A DNA stretch of 64,000 nt from assembly GCA_963828195.1 (NCBI GenBank), contig CAWHDT010000005.1, forward strand, positions 64,001-128,000. Direction: 5' to 3'. The stretch is from Candidatus Bathyarchaeota archaeon (GTDB taxonomy: Archaea > Thermoproteota > Bathyarchaeia > Bathyarchaeales > Bathycorpusculaceae). The position numbers and the translations under genes are program-made. Below are positions 40,314 to 49,724 of the stretch, piece by piece (position 1 is the first letter of the stretch; each line of letters starts with the position of its first letter). Below the pieces are notes generated by a model. That model did not search any database and was not told the origin of the DNA. It worked only from the letters and a program-made list of their open reading frames with translations.

Positions 40314-41615
40314 TTATGATAGGTTTCCTATGGTTACTGAAACTGTTTGTGTTTGCCCGTTTCGAACAACAGTGAAGTTAGCCGTTTGTCCTGGGAGCGT
40401 GTTTTCCTCCAGATAGGACAGCAGGTCGTCGGTGTTTGTGATTCTTACTCCGTTGACGGCTATGATTATGTCGCCGCCGATTGTTAGGGTTGAACCTAAA
40501 ATTGAGACTTGAGTAGTGCCGCCTTTAAGCCCGTTCTGAGCCGAAACGCTCTCCACGAGCGATCCGTAGGTAACGCTGGTTCCCATGGCTTGAGCAATCT
40601 GAAGATTCATGTCCGTCAGCGTCGCGTCAATGGACGGATGCTCATTGTATGAGCCAGTTGTCACCAATGAACTGAGTTCACGCATTATGGTGTCTGATGG
40701 AATTGCAAAGCCTAAACCCTGAGAATCACTCACAGCAGCAGTAGTTATGCCTACGACTTCGCCAGCATAATTGAGAAGTGGACCGCCAGAATTGCCAGGG
40801 TTAATAGCAGTGCTCGTCTGAATAACATCCGGGACTGTTGCGCCTGTAGCTCCGCTGTCAGTCGTTTCAGTAATTACTCGTCCCAAAGCGCTGATTACAC
40901 CTGTAGTTAGCGTCCCAGATAACCCGTAAGGTGAACCTACAGCAACAACAGGTTCTCCAACCTGCAAAGTGCTGGAGCTAACAAGCGTCAAAGGCACTAA
41001 ACCGCTGGGCATAGGCGCGATCGAAACCACTGCAAGGTCAGCAAGCTGGTCTGAACCTAACACTTGTCCAGTGTAGCTGACCCCATCCGCAAAAGTTACA
41101 GTTATGTTAATTGCACTCTGCACCACGTGGTCGTTGGTGACAATGACTAACTGATTGTCCACCGAAGCGATAAATCCTGAACCCTGCTGCTCATTATAGC
41201 CCACCGTTCCGAAGAAACTGGTCACGGGTACGAGATCTGTTATCACAACTACAGAAAGCTGAACTTGCTCATACAGGTTTGAAAGCGAAACATTAGTGCC
41301 TAACTCGAATGTTGCGTTAGGATAATATGTGGCGTTTTGAGAATAACCATTAAGCTGAGATTGTATGCTGTTGAGTTTGCCGGTGAAATTTGAATAAGTT
41401 ACTGCATAGCCAATAAAACCGCCCGCGATCAAGCCTACAACAAGAAGAATCACCAAAGCAAAAATTGAGAAACGCCTGTTTTTAGGAGATTTCTGAGGCG
41501 TCGAAACTGAAGCCGGCGAAGTAGTAGGTGGCGGTGAAGTTTGGGGTGCTTCAGGTGGGGATTGAGGTGGGGCTTCGGGCGAAGATTGAGGCGGAGATTC
41601 AGGGGAAGTTTCCAT
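40314..41615 (-). CDS. membrane-anchored HtrA/DegP-like serine protease with PDZ domain
   Basis: GSGF, TNDHV, DLAVV, INPGNSGGPL; Pro-rich N-terminus plus TM helix. Confidence 0.92.
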   Translation of the reverse strand: METSPESPPQSSPEAPPQSPPEAPQTSPPPTTSPASVSTPQKSPKNRRFSIFALVILLVVGLIAGGFIGYAVTYSNFTGKLNSIQSQLNGYSQNATYYPNATFELGTNVSLSNLYEQVQLSVVVITDLVPVTSFFGTVGYNEQQGSGFIASVDNQLVIVTNDHVVQSAINITVTFADGVSYTGQVLGSDQLADLAVVSIAPMPSGLVPLTLVSSSTLQVGEPVVAVGSPYGLSGTLTTGVISALGRVITETTDSGATGATVPDVIQTSTAINPGNSGGPLLNYAGEVVGITTAAVSDSQGLGFAIPSDTIMRELSSLVTTGSYNEHPSIDATLTDMNLQIAQAMGTSVTYGSLVESVSAQNGLKGGTTQVSILGSTLTIGGDIIIAVNGVRITNTDDLLSYLEENTLPGQTANFTVVRNGQTQTVSVTIGNLS

Positions 41616-41678
41616 AAATATTCCTTCCTAATTTAAAGGAAAAAAAGAAAAGTTTTTGAATATTTCTCTTTTGACATT

Positions 41679-42551
41679 TTAAGAGAAGAGTTCATCGCTT
41701 GCATAGATCGGTTTTTTGCACGTTGGACATTTCTCGTCGGTGGCTTGAATGCGGCTTCCGCAGTTTGGACATATCTGGTTCTTTTTGTTCGCGTGTAGAC
41801 CCTGCATTTCCTTCATTATTTTTCCGTCTTTGAGGAGAAGCATTCTTTCTGTGTTGCGTGCAGCTTGGCTGTCATGCGTGACCATAATTATTGTTGTGCC
41901 CTGGGTGATGTTGAGGTTGCCCAGCAACTTTATGATTCCCTGTTTATTCTGGCTATCCAAGTTTCCTGTCGGTTCATCAGCAAGAATAATCGCGGGATCA
42001 TTTGCTAAAGCTCTGGCAATGGCGACACGTTGTTGCTCTCCAGCGCTGAGACGCTGAGGCCTATGTTCTTCTCTTCCAGACAAGCCAACCATGGCGAGGA
42101 GTTCTTTTGCTTTTTTTGTTTGTTCAGCCTTTGATTTGCCGCGTCCTTCCATGGGTAACTCAACGTTTTCTCTTGCATTTAGGTATGGCAGCAGATTGAA
42201 AGTTTGAAAAACAAACCCCATTTTGTCTCTTCTAATTTTGTAGAGTTCATTTTCGGGAAGCGCTGAAGCGTCGATACCGTCCAGCAGAACTTTACCTTTA
42301 GTCGGCTTATCAATGCAGCCAATAACGTTAAGCAGTGTAGTTTTGCCCGAGCCTGAAGGACCCATAATGGCGACAAACTCCCCTGCGTTTACTGTAAGAT
42401 TCAGATTTACTAAGGCTGGGACATCGCGTTTGCCAAGCATATACGTTTTGCTAAGGTTTTCTATCTGTAGTACTGGTTTACCTGGTCGTGACACCGGTTG
42501 AGGTGCTGCTTGTGGCAGTGGTTTATCTGACTGTAGTGCTGTTTTACTCAT
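41679..42551 (-). CDS. LolD-like ABC ATPase with C-terminal Zn ribbon
   Basis: [25 protein letters not shown]; CPNC..CPTC. Confidence 0.92.
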   Translation of the reverse strand: MSKTALQSDKPLPQAAPQPVSRPGKPVLQIENLSKTYMLGKRDVPALVNLNLTVNAGEFVAIMGPSGSGKTTLLNVIGCIDKPTKGKVLLDGIDASALPENELYKIRRDKMGFVFQTFNLLPYLNARENVELPMEGRGKSKAEQTKKAKELLAMVGLSGREEHRPQRLSAGEQQRVAIARALANDPAIILADEPTGNLDSQNKQGIIKLLGNLNITQGTTIIMVTHDSQAARNTERMLLLKDGKIMKEMQGLHANKKNQICPNCGSRIQATDEKCPTCKKPIYASDELFS

Positions 42552-44037
42552 ATCTCATTGCCTCTGCTGGTCTGATTTTTGCTGCTCTCCACGCAGGATA
42601 CAGACTTCCTATTGTTCCAAGTAGGATAGCTACACCGAAACCTAAGAGTACAAGCTCAGGAGTCAACGTTGCTACTGCTAATCCTCCGAATCGCGTAGTG
42701 CCTGAGAGCGCCACCGCGCCTGCGGTTCTGCTTGCTCCGCCAGCAACGCTTGGAAGCAAATATTGTGAAATCGTGGGTGCCGCTACCATGCCTATTGCAA
42801 TCCCGACTACGCCTGCAATCATACTTAAGAGAACTCCTTCAAGCATGAATTGCCCCATGACTGTAGAGTTGCTAAAGCCTATTGCTTTAAGCGTGCCAAT
42901 CTCTTTGGTTCGTTCCTTGACCGTGTAGAGCATGACAAACAACACTATCAAGCTTGTTGCTAAAACCACCACAACAATCTCTTCAATAGCGGTTGAATTC
43001 GTTGTGTTATCGGAGGCTTGCGCATTAGCCAGTGCAGTACTATAACCGGTTTCTTCAGTTTGAAGATTGCTTTCGCGATCCTGAGCAGTGCTGACTGTGA
43101 GTTCTGGATGCAATGCACTTATGGCACTTGCTACCGATGAAACATCATCGCTGTTTTGGGCAAAGACAGTGAAGCTGGTTATGTAGCCAGTGTTGTTTGT
43201 TATTGATTGAGCGTCAGCGATGTTCATATACAGAGTTTGTGTGTCCGAAACCGATGATGGGCTGTAGATGCCTACGACTGTAAAGGGTTGGCCTAAAATG
43301 GTAACTGTGTCGCCTACTCCTGCTCCAAAGTACGCTGAGTTGTTTTCGCTGAGAAGTACAGCTCCAGTTTCGCCTGCTTGCAAGTTGCTTCCAGCAGTTA
43401 TGTTTGTCGGCAAAATCGGGTAATTGTTAATCAGGGAAGCATCTACTGGAACCCCTTCAATTGTGTATTCGACTTGCAGAGTCGTAATGGTTCGTGAGTA
43501 CCCGTTAAAATTCAGATTTTGTGTAACATTATTGCCTTCAGAAGCTTGCAGTATTGGTTCAACAGCCGCGACTCCAGAGAGGGTGGTATTAATGTCGCTG
43601 TATAGGGTCTCGTTCATTGGATTAGCTTGGCCACCGTTAAATGCACCGCCACCAAAATAGCCGCCTACAGTACCGCCGCCGAATTGACCGGGCGTAAAGG
43701 TGTGGCCTGATGTGCCGCTATCGCCGGTGCCACCATAGCCACCGTAACCGCTATTGCCGGACGATGTGCTGCCGCTTGGGGGAGTGAAGCCGAACCCTGA
43801 ATAGCTTGACGCAAGACTGCAGTCTATTTGGGTTAATGTTTGGTTGATTTGTGCGCCAGTTTGATTAATTATGTTGCTTAGGTTCGATGAAACCGTGTTT
43901 GCTGTCTTCTCATTAGCTAAAACACCGGCGGGGATTGAAATCATGATTGCTAAAGAGAAACCTAAAGCAATAATGACCAATAACGCACGCATTTTTCTTC
44001 TTGAAATGTTCCTTACTGCTCTACTTACTATACCCAT
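42544..44037 (-). CDS. MacB/FtsX-like ABC permease
   Basis: ERTKEIGTLKAIG, YPAWRAAKI.P.EAMRYE. Confidence 0.9.
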   Translation of the reverse strand: MGIVSRAVRNISRRKMRALLVIIALGFSLAIMISIPAGVLANEKTANTVSSNLSNIINQTGAQINQTLTQIDCSLASSYSGFGFTPPSGSTSSGNSGYGGYGGTGDSGTSGHTFTPGQFGGGTVGGYFGGGAFNGGQANPMNETLYSDINTTLSGVAAVEPILQASEGNNVTQNLNFNGYSRTITTLQVEYTIEGVPVDASLINNYPILPTNITAGSNLQAGETGAVLLSENNSAYFGAGVGDTVTILGQPFTVVGIYSPSSVSDTQTLYMNIADAQSITNNTGYITSFTVFAQNSDDVSSVASAISALHPELTVSTAQDRESNLQTEETGYSTALANAQASDNTTNSTAIEEIVVVVLATSLIVLFVMLYTVKERTKEIGTLKAIGFSNSTVMGQFMLEGVLLSMIAGVVGIAIGMVAAPTISQYLLPSVAGGASRTAGAVALSGTTRFGGLAVATLTPELVLLGFGVAILLGTIGSLYPAWRAAKIRPAEAMRYE

Positions 44038-44509
44038 ATTATACGCCTTTCACATTATTTTTAAAAGGCAACCAAGAGAGAATCGAAGGGGAATTTTATT
44101 GGGCAGTTAATTGGGCTTCTGGCCTAATTTTAATTTCTTTTCTCTACTTGATTGCCTTTTCATGCATACTGTTGAAGTCTTATTAAACAATTTCTCAAAA
44201 TCTCACCCAAATCCAACCATAATTCCAAGAGCAGAAAAACTTGCATATAGAACTGCGTTTATGAAAAAAATCGAATCTAAGATTTACAAAGCCAACCGAG
44301 ATTCCCCCTTGGTCAAAGGTACGTATGCAAGCAAGAAACAACGGATAACAACTTAATTCCGGGCTTGGCTTCAAAGTATAACGTTCTTTCAGTCGAACGG
44401 TAAAGTTTCAAGCAGAACCTGCACAAACGCGATTTTCACAGTTTGAGTTGAAATAAACAAAAAACTTAAACTACACTGAGGAAACTAAAACAGTAAGGAA
44501 GATAACTTT

Positions 44510-44821
44510 ATGGAGCTATTAGAAGAGCTCATTGCAGTTATAGTTATTCTGGCAGGAGTAGGTTTGCTTGTTTATTCGATTCGCACCTTAAGGAAAGAAT
44601 CAAAAACGACGCCAGAACCAAAAATCTATTGTAGTTCATGCGGAACTGCGAATACACCGGAAGCCGTTTTCTGTATTAAATGCGGAGCGAAAATCGCGTG
44701 TTTGCAACAAAATTCAAACGTGGATAAAACTGAAGAAAAAGAGGTAGATGATAAAGAAGCAAACTTGTTTTTTAACGCCGACAAAGACGATGATTTGGTT
44801 TTTCCCGAAGATGGAATTTAA
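44510..44821 (+). CDS. membrane-anchored Zn-ribbon protein
   Basis: N-terminal TM, YCSSCG...FCIKCG. Confidence 0.7.
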   Translation: MELLEELIAVIVILAGVGLLVYSIRTLRKESKTTPEPKIYCSSCGTANTPEAVFCIKCGAKIACLQQNSNVDKTEEKEVDDKEANLFFNADKDDDLVFPEDGI

Positions 44822-45005
44822 ACGCGAGTTTTGGAAGGAAGACGTTGAGGGCAACTGTGGGCAATTAGTTTTGAAGCTCTTGTTGATTTTTTATACAGTT
44901 CCGCATGGACATTAAAGTTTGATTTTGGGGTAAATAGGGTTCGATTTTGGTAAAGGATTTAATAGTTTTTTGGGCACATCCTCGCATGGAGATGAATCAA
45001 AAAAC

Positions 45006-45650
45006 ATGAGAAAGAGCCTACTAATAATCGCTATCATAGGAGTAATGCTATGCGTAACTGGAGCTATCCTCTTTGCCAACGCTTCTACACCAGCTAGCCC
45101 AGCCGTCAACAGCGCTGCAGCACAGTTAAACGTTCAGCCATCGCTTAGTGTGACAGGCGATTCAATGACGCCATCTAACTGTACGTTCCCAGGCAATTTC
45201 ACTTTTCTAGGTAACATGACCTTCCCAGGGAACTTTGGGTTCCAAGGTAACCGCGGCTTCCAAGGACGAATGATGCAGGGAATGCGGGGGCCGCAAATGA
45301 ATGGTCAGCAATTATCTGAGGGTTTCCTTCAGAACGCTACAGTGGCATCAGTTTCAGGTACAGTTGTCACGGAAACCAGAGGTCTTCTGCTGTTAGACAC
45401 CACTTCAGGTCAGGTCAGCATTCAAATCCCCAATGAATGGAACATAGGCAGCCAAGTCATAGGCGGATATGCCCTATTTAATGGAACATTCGCCAGTTCA
45501 GGACAAACAATAACCATACAAGTACTAGAAAGCAACATCTTCAGCAACACAAACTTCAACCTAAACGAGATGGTCGGTTACCAAGCAACCAACTCAACAG
45601 GCACAATAGCAACCGCAGTACTTCCATTCAATATAACCCCAGCAAGCTAA
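45006..45650 (+). CDS. secreted hypothetical protein with hexapeptide repeats
   Basis: signal peptide; FPGNFT FLGNMT FPGNFG FQGNRG FQGRMM. Confidence 0.7.
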   Translation: MRKSLLIIAIIGVMLCVTGAILFANASTPASPAVNSAAAQLNVQPSLSVTGDSMTPSNCTFPGNFTFLGNMTFPGNFGFQGNRGFQGRMMQGMRGPQMNGQQLSEGFLQNATVASVSGTVVTETRGLLLLDTTSGQVSIQIPNEWNIGSQVIGGYALFNGTFASSGQTITIQVLESNIFSNTNFNLNEMVGYQATNSTGTIATAVLPFNITPAS

Positions 45651-45920
45651 ATCATACGATCCCAAAAACTCGCCACCCCTTTTTTCTTTAATACTATTTT
45701 GACTTTTATCTTGATAAAAGTTAACTCAACTTAATTTTCGTCGTTTGATAAACTTTCGGCGATTAATCAATATTAAATTAAACGTTTTTTTTATATTTAG
45801 ACTTAAATTCTTTATAATATGCTGTAAACCTTCGATTTCAATTATTTCTGAAAAGAACACATTTATTACTTCAACCAGATTAAGAGTGACAAAGAATCTC
45901 CTCAACTCGGAGCCCCCTAA

Positions 45921-46223
45921 ATGTCCGTAAACCTCCGCTCGCTAAAATACTTGTTAGGATGGCTTATTGCAGGTACCCGAGGCGGACCAACTCGTGCAAA
46001 AATAATTGAGGAATTAAAAGAAACACCGCAGAATGCAAATCAACTGGCGACTTCGCTGAAGATGGATTATAAAACGATGAGGCATCATCTTGAAGTGCTG
46101 GAGAAAAACAAAATAATCACTTCTGTGGGCGATAGATATGGGGCAACGTATTTTCTGACGCAGGTTATGGAAGAGAACTACGTGATTTTTGAGGAGATTA
46201 TGCAGAAAATCGGGAAAAAGTAG
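45921..46223 (+). CDS. ArsR-type winged HTH regulator
   Basis: GTRGG.TR..I...PQNANQLA...DYKT.RHHL. Confidence 0.88.
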   Translation: MSVNLRSLKYLLGWLIAGTRGGPTRAKIIEELKETPQNANQLATSLKMDYKTMRHHLEVLEKNKIITSVGDRYGATYFLTQVMEENYVIFEEIMQKIGKK

Positions 46224-46254
46224 AAAAAGGAGCAGGAGCAAGAGGGAGAAACAA

Positions 46255-46692
46255 ATGGATAAACGATTGAAATACGGGTTAATTGTCGGGATTTTAGCAG
46301 CAGCCGCTATTTTTGCGGCTTTTTGGACATTAGTTTTACGTCAGCAGCATATCCCCGGCTTTCAACAAATACGAACCCCCCCGCCCCGTTTTATTCCAGG
46401 AGACTACGAGTATTTTTATGTGGCAAATACGATAATCTCTACAATCAACATTGTGCTCTTGGCGATCTTGTCTTTAATTTACATTAATATCTATGTCAAG
46501 ACGCGTTCTCAATTCACAGGGGGACTTGTAATTTTTGCTTTAGTCTTCCTTGTGCAAAACGTGACGTCAAGTCCATTTATAATATCGCCATTCGGATTTA
46601 GAGCTTATGGACTTGGGCCATTCGAGTTTCTGCCAGGCTTATTCGAGCTTGTCGCCTTATCCGTACTTCTTTACCTAAGCGTCAGGTACTAA
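46255..46692 (+). CDS. membrane protein co-transcribed with ArsR regulator
   Basis: four hydrophobic segments; GAGGGAG SD. Confidence 0.7.
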   Translation: MDKRLKYGLIVGILAAAAIFAAFWTLVLRQQHIPGFQQIRTPPPRFIPGDYEYFYVANTIISTINIVLLAILSLIYINIYVKTRSQFTGGLVIFALVFLVQNVTSSPFIISPFGFRAYGLGPFEFLPGLFELVALSVLLYLSVRY

Positions 46693-46856
46693 ACAAAAGC
46701 CAACCTAAAGATGGCTTACTGTTAAACGGGGAGCAGGCAAGCTAAATCCGCGGGTACATTTTTGAAATCTGCGTCAGCGACAACAATTAGGTTTTCGTAG
46801 GGCAAAAAATAAATCGTTAGTCAAACAAACGCTTTGGCACCTGCTCTTAGCTGAAA

Positions 46857-47831
46857 ATGGAGAAGACAATAATACAGACGCTTACCAAAAACCAGAAACT
46901 CATTTTAGTCATAGCTATAGCCGCGGCGTTGAACGCAATTACCTTTTGCCTCGCGTTTCCCGAAACGTTTAAGCCAGAATCAACCACGTGGGCAAGAGAT
47001 TTTTCAGCGTACTACATTGGAGCTTGGCGATTGTATCATAATCCAAATACGATCTATTGGGGAGCTGTTCAACCGGGAGACTACCGGATTCTGCCTGCGC
47101 CGCAAACCTTCAAGTATGCGCCATCCTTCCTGATTTTGTTTACACCCTTCCTATCTTTAAGTTACCAAAATGCATTCACCATATTTGACATATTACAAGT
47201 CGCTTTGATTCCAGCTTTGGCTTTCTTTGTTTACAAACTCGTGAAGAACAAAAACTTGGTTTTCGGTGCCATAGCAGCCGTCGTTGTTTTGATGGAGCCT
47301 CTTCCAACGCCGCCCATCAACCAAGCCTCACTAAACCTGCTTCAAAGCAGATTCTTCAGCCTGAATCCCCAATCCTTTGCTCCCGGCTACTTCGTGGGTT
47401 ACGCCTTAGGAAATGCGCACATACTTCAAACTGTCCTTTTGGTAGGCGCTTTGTATTTTGGATTCACTAAAAAACCTTGGATATCGGCGTTACTGTTTGC
47501 GTTCGGCGCATTTGATCCGCGTGCAGCACTTCTTGCGCTCCCCCTGCTTTTATGGTACAACCGACAAAGAATAAAGCCGTTTATTGCGGGCGCTGCCTCA
47601 TTTTTCGCCATCACAAACTTGCCTTTCTTCTTCTATCATAATATAGGATTTTCATTCTTGCGCGGTGAAGTAAGCGGCTCCATCATCTCGCAGATGTACC
47701 CCTACGATTGGCTTCCAATATATGCGGTTGTTTCTTTAACCGTGATCGAAATAATCAATGTTGCCCGAACCTCAAAAACAGAAAGCCTTCCAGTAGAGAA
47801 AAAAATTGGAACCGATAGAACGGCGCTGTGA
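46857..47831 (+). CDS. GT87-like membrane glycosyltransferase
   Basis: RDFSAYY...FKYAPSF motif, polytopic. Confidence 0.65.
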   Translation: MEKTIIQTLTKNQKLILVIAIAAALNAITFCLAFPETFKPESTTWARDFSAYYIGAWRLYHNPNTIYWGAVQPGDYRILPAPQTFKYAPSFLILFTPFLSLSYQNAFTIFDILQVALIPALAFFVYKLVKNKNLVFGAIAAVVVLMEPLPTPPINQASLNLLQSRFFSLNPQSFAPGYFVGYALGNAHILQTVLLVGALYFGFTKKPWISALLFAFGAFDPRAALLALPLLLWYNRQRIKPFIAGAASFFAITNLPFFFYHNIGFSFLRGEVSGSIISQMYPYDWLPIYAVVSLTVIEIINVARTSKTESLPVEKKIGTDRTAL

Positions 47832-47871
47832 AGAATCTTTTTAGGCGACGTATCAAGGTTATTTTTAGCGG

Positions 47872-49062
47872 TCATTCCTTGCGAATTACTTCGAATTTTT
47901 TTGGATCTCCCTTAAAAAGACCAATAAGATGAACAACAAAATTCAACCCCACTGTAAGGTAACTTGCCGCGGTCCCAGCTAACGCGTGTTTCCAGCCCAT
48001 ACATTTTCCAATGGTGTAGGCTCTAATTGCAAGCCATACGCCTAAAGTCATGTATATGAATGGCAAGAGCACAGCGGGGATATTAACGACGCCTAAATAG
48101 TACAGTGGCAGTCCTATTGTTCCGATTGAGAATAGCCACAATCCTGAGAACCCGATAACAGTTAACCTAATCCTGTTTGGCAGAGGCAGCATTTTCTCCC
48201 TTAAAATTGACATTTGCCCCCAAAACCATCTGCGCCTCTGTGTAACTGCATCTGCGAAACTCAATGGCGGCAGTATGAAAATTCTTGCGTCCGAATTAAA
48301 TATGCTGTAACCCATCACTGCTGCTTTGTGGAAATAAAAGGAGTCTTCGTTGAGGATCAATTTGTGCTTAGTGTTATGGGTAAAGGTGCTTATGTCGTAG
48401 GAAACGTTTTTGTCTACTTGACTGCTCATGCAGGTTCCTTCGCCGTGAGCCCAAAGCGGATGCCCCAAATTTGTAAAAAAGTTGCAGAAGATCCCGCATG
48501 CGACGCAGCGTTCATAGTCAAGAATGGTGTTCCATACGCTTTTTACTTGAGGAGTAATGGTTCCAATGATGATGTCAGCTTGGACGGTTAAGCTTTCATT
48601 TATGAATTCAATGCTGGGCACTGCGTCATCATCGCCCTGAAGCAGCAAGTAGTTTGATTCCAGCTTGCCTTCGTCAACTAAGCTTTGCCTTAACCTGCGA
48701 GCGTACTCTAAAGCGCGGCTTTTGTATAAATCTTCACAGACGAAATCTTTGGGAACAACCACAACCTTATCGCATACGTATTCAGCCTTATGTTTATCCC
48801 ATTCTTCAATAATCACCCAGGTCTCCAGAGGCACAGGCAAAGAATAGTTTTTCACTGTCGCAAATATTTTATTTACCGAATTAACGTTGCCTATAGTAGG
48901 TATCTGAAAAATAATTTTGTCAACTTTTTTCTCAACCAGCCCTTTCTGTTTCAACAGCTTCGTCTTTCTTGTCCTGTTAAATAATTCTCCAAACCCTAAC
49001 AGGAATAGGTACAAAAGCGGAGAGAGCCAAATCACCGAAATTAAATAATCAACTACAAGCAT
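47872..49062 (-). CDS. GT2-family glycosyltransferase
   Basis: KSRAL, GDDD, NED, QRRRW. Confidence 0.85.
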   Translation of the reverse strand: MLVVDYLISVIWLSPLLYLFLLGFGELFNRTRKTKLLKQKGLVEKKVDKIIFQIPTIGNVNSVNKIFATVKNYSLPVPLETWVIIEEWDKHKAEYVCDKVVVVPKDFVCEDLYKSRALEYARRLRQSLVDEGKLESNYLLLQGDDDAVPSIEFINESLTVQADIIIGTITPQVKSVWNTILDYERCVACGIFCNFFTNLGHPLWAHGEGTCMSSQVDKNVSYDISTFTHNTKHKLILNEDSFYFHKAAVMGYSIFNSDARIFILPPLSFADAVTQRRRWFWGQMSILREKMLPLPNRIRLTVIGFSGLWLFSIGTIGLPLYYLGVVNIPAVLLPFIYMTLGVWLAIRAYTIGKCMGWKHALAGTAASYLTVGLNFVVHLIGLFKGDPKKFEVIRKE

Positions 49063-49412
49063 GCTTATGACTTAATCCATCCTTAGAGTACATGCTCTAT
49101 GATTAGAAGCACATTTGAAACTGACATGTTTTTGAGGACTCTTGAGGTCGGAGAAGACGTCACATTCAAAAATGAAAGCTAATTGACTTAACTTCTCAAA
49201 CAGAAACTTCCGTACCCCCTCAATTGCCAGACCCTCATGACGTTAATCACGCTTTTAAGCCCACTCTCTTGACTAGTCAGCGTTTCTTTTGTCAACCAAT
49301 TCTTAAAAGCTTTGCTCCAAATACTCTCCCAATTATTTTTCTACGAAAACGTAAATAAACTTGACCAACATTGAGTCTATGGCGCTCCCAAAAAACATAT
49401 CAGCAAACAAGT

Positions 49413-49489
49413 GCCGAGGTAGCTCAGCCTGGGAGAGCGCTCGGCTGAAGACCGAGTCGTCGCATGTTCAAACCCTGCCCTCGGCACCA
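49413..49489 (+). tRNA. tRNA-Phe(GAA), with T-stem mismatch
   Basis: GCCGAGGTAGCTCAGCCTGGGAGAGCGCTCGGCTGAAGACCGAG...CCTCGGCACCA. Confidence 0.85.
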
Positions 49490-49724
49490 ACCAACATTTC
49501 TAGATATAACCTTCGAAAATTGGGGTTGCTTTTAATAGGTTAGTTGCTTAAAAATATCGAACATCAAGTCAATTTTCAGACTTTATTTTTTGCTAAATAT
49601 TTCCCCGTAGGTTTCAGGAGAAATAATGGGAAATCCTTAAGAAAGGCGCGGCAAGGCACACATGCTATAACCACTAAATTGCATGGTGACCATATAAGAA
49701 TTGCTTAACAGGACCTTGATGTAA

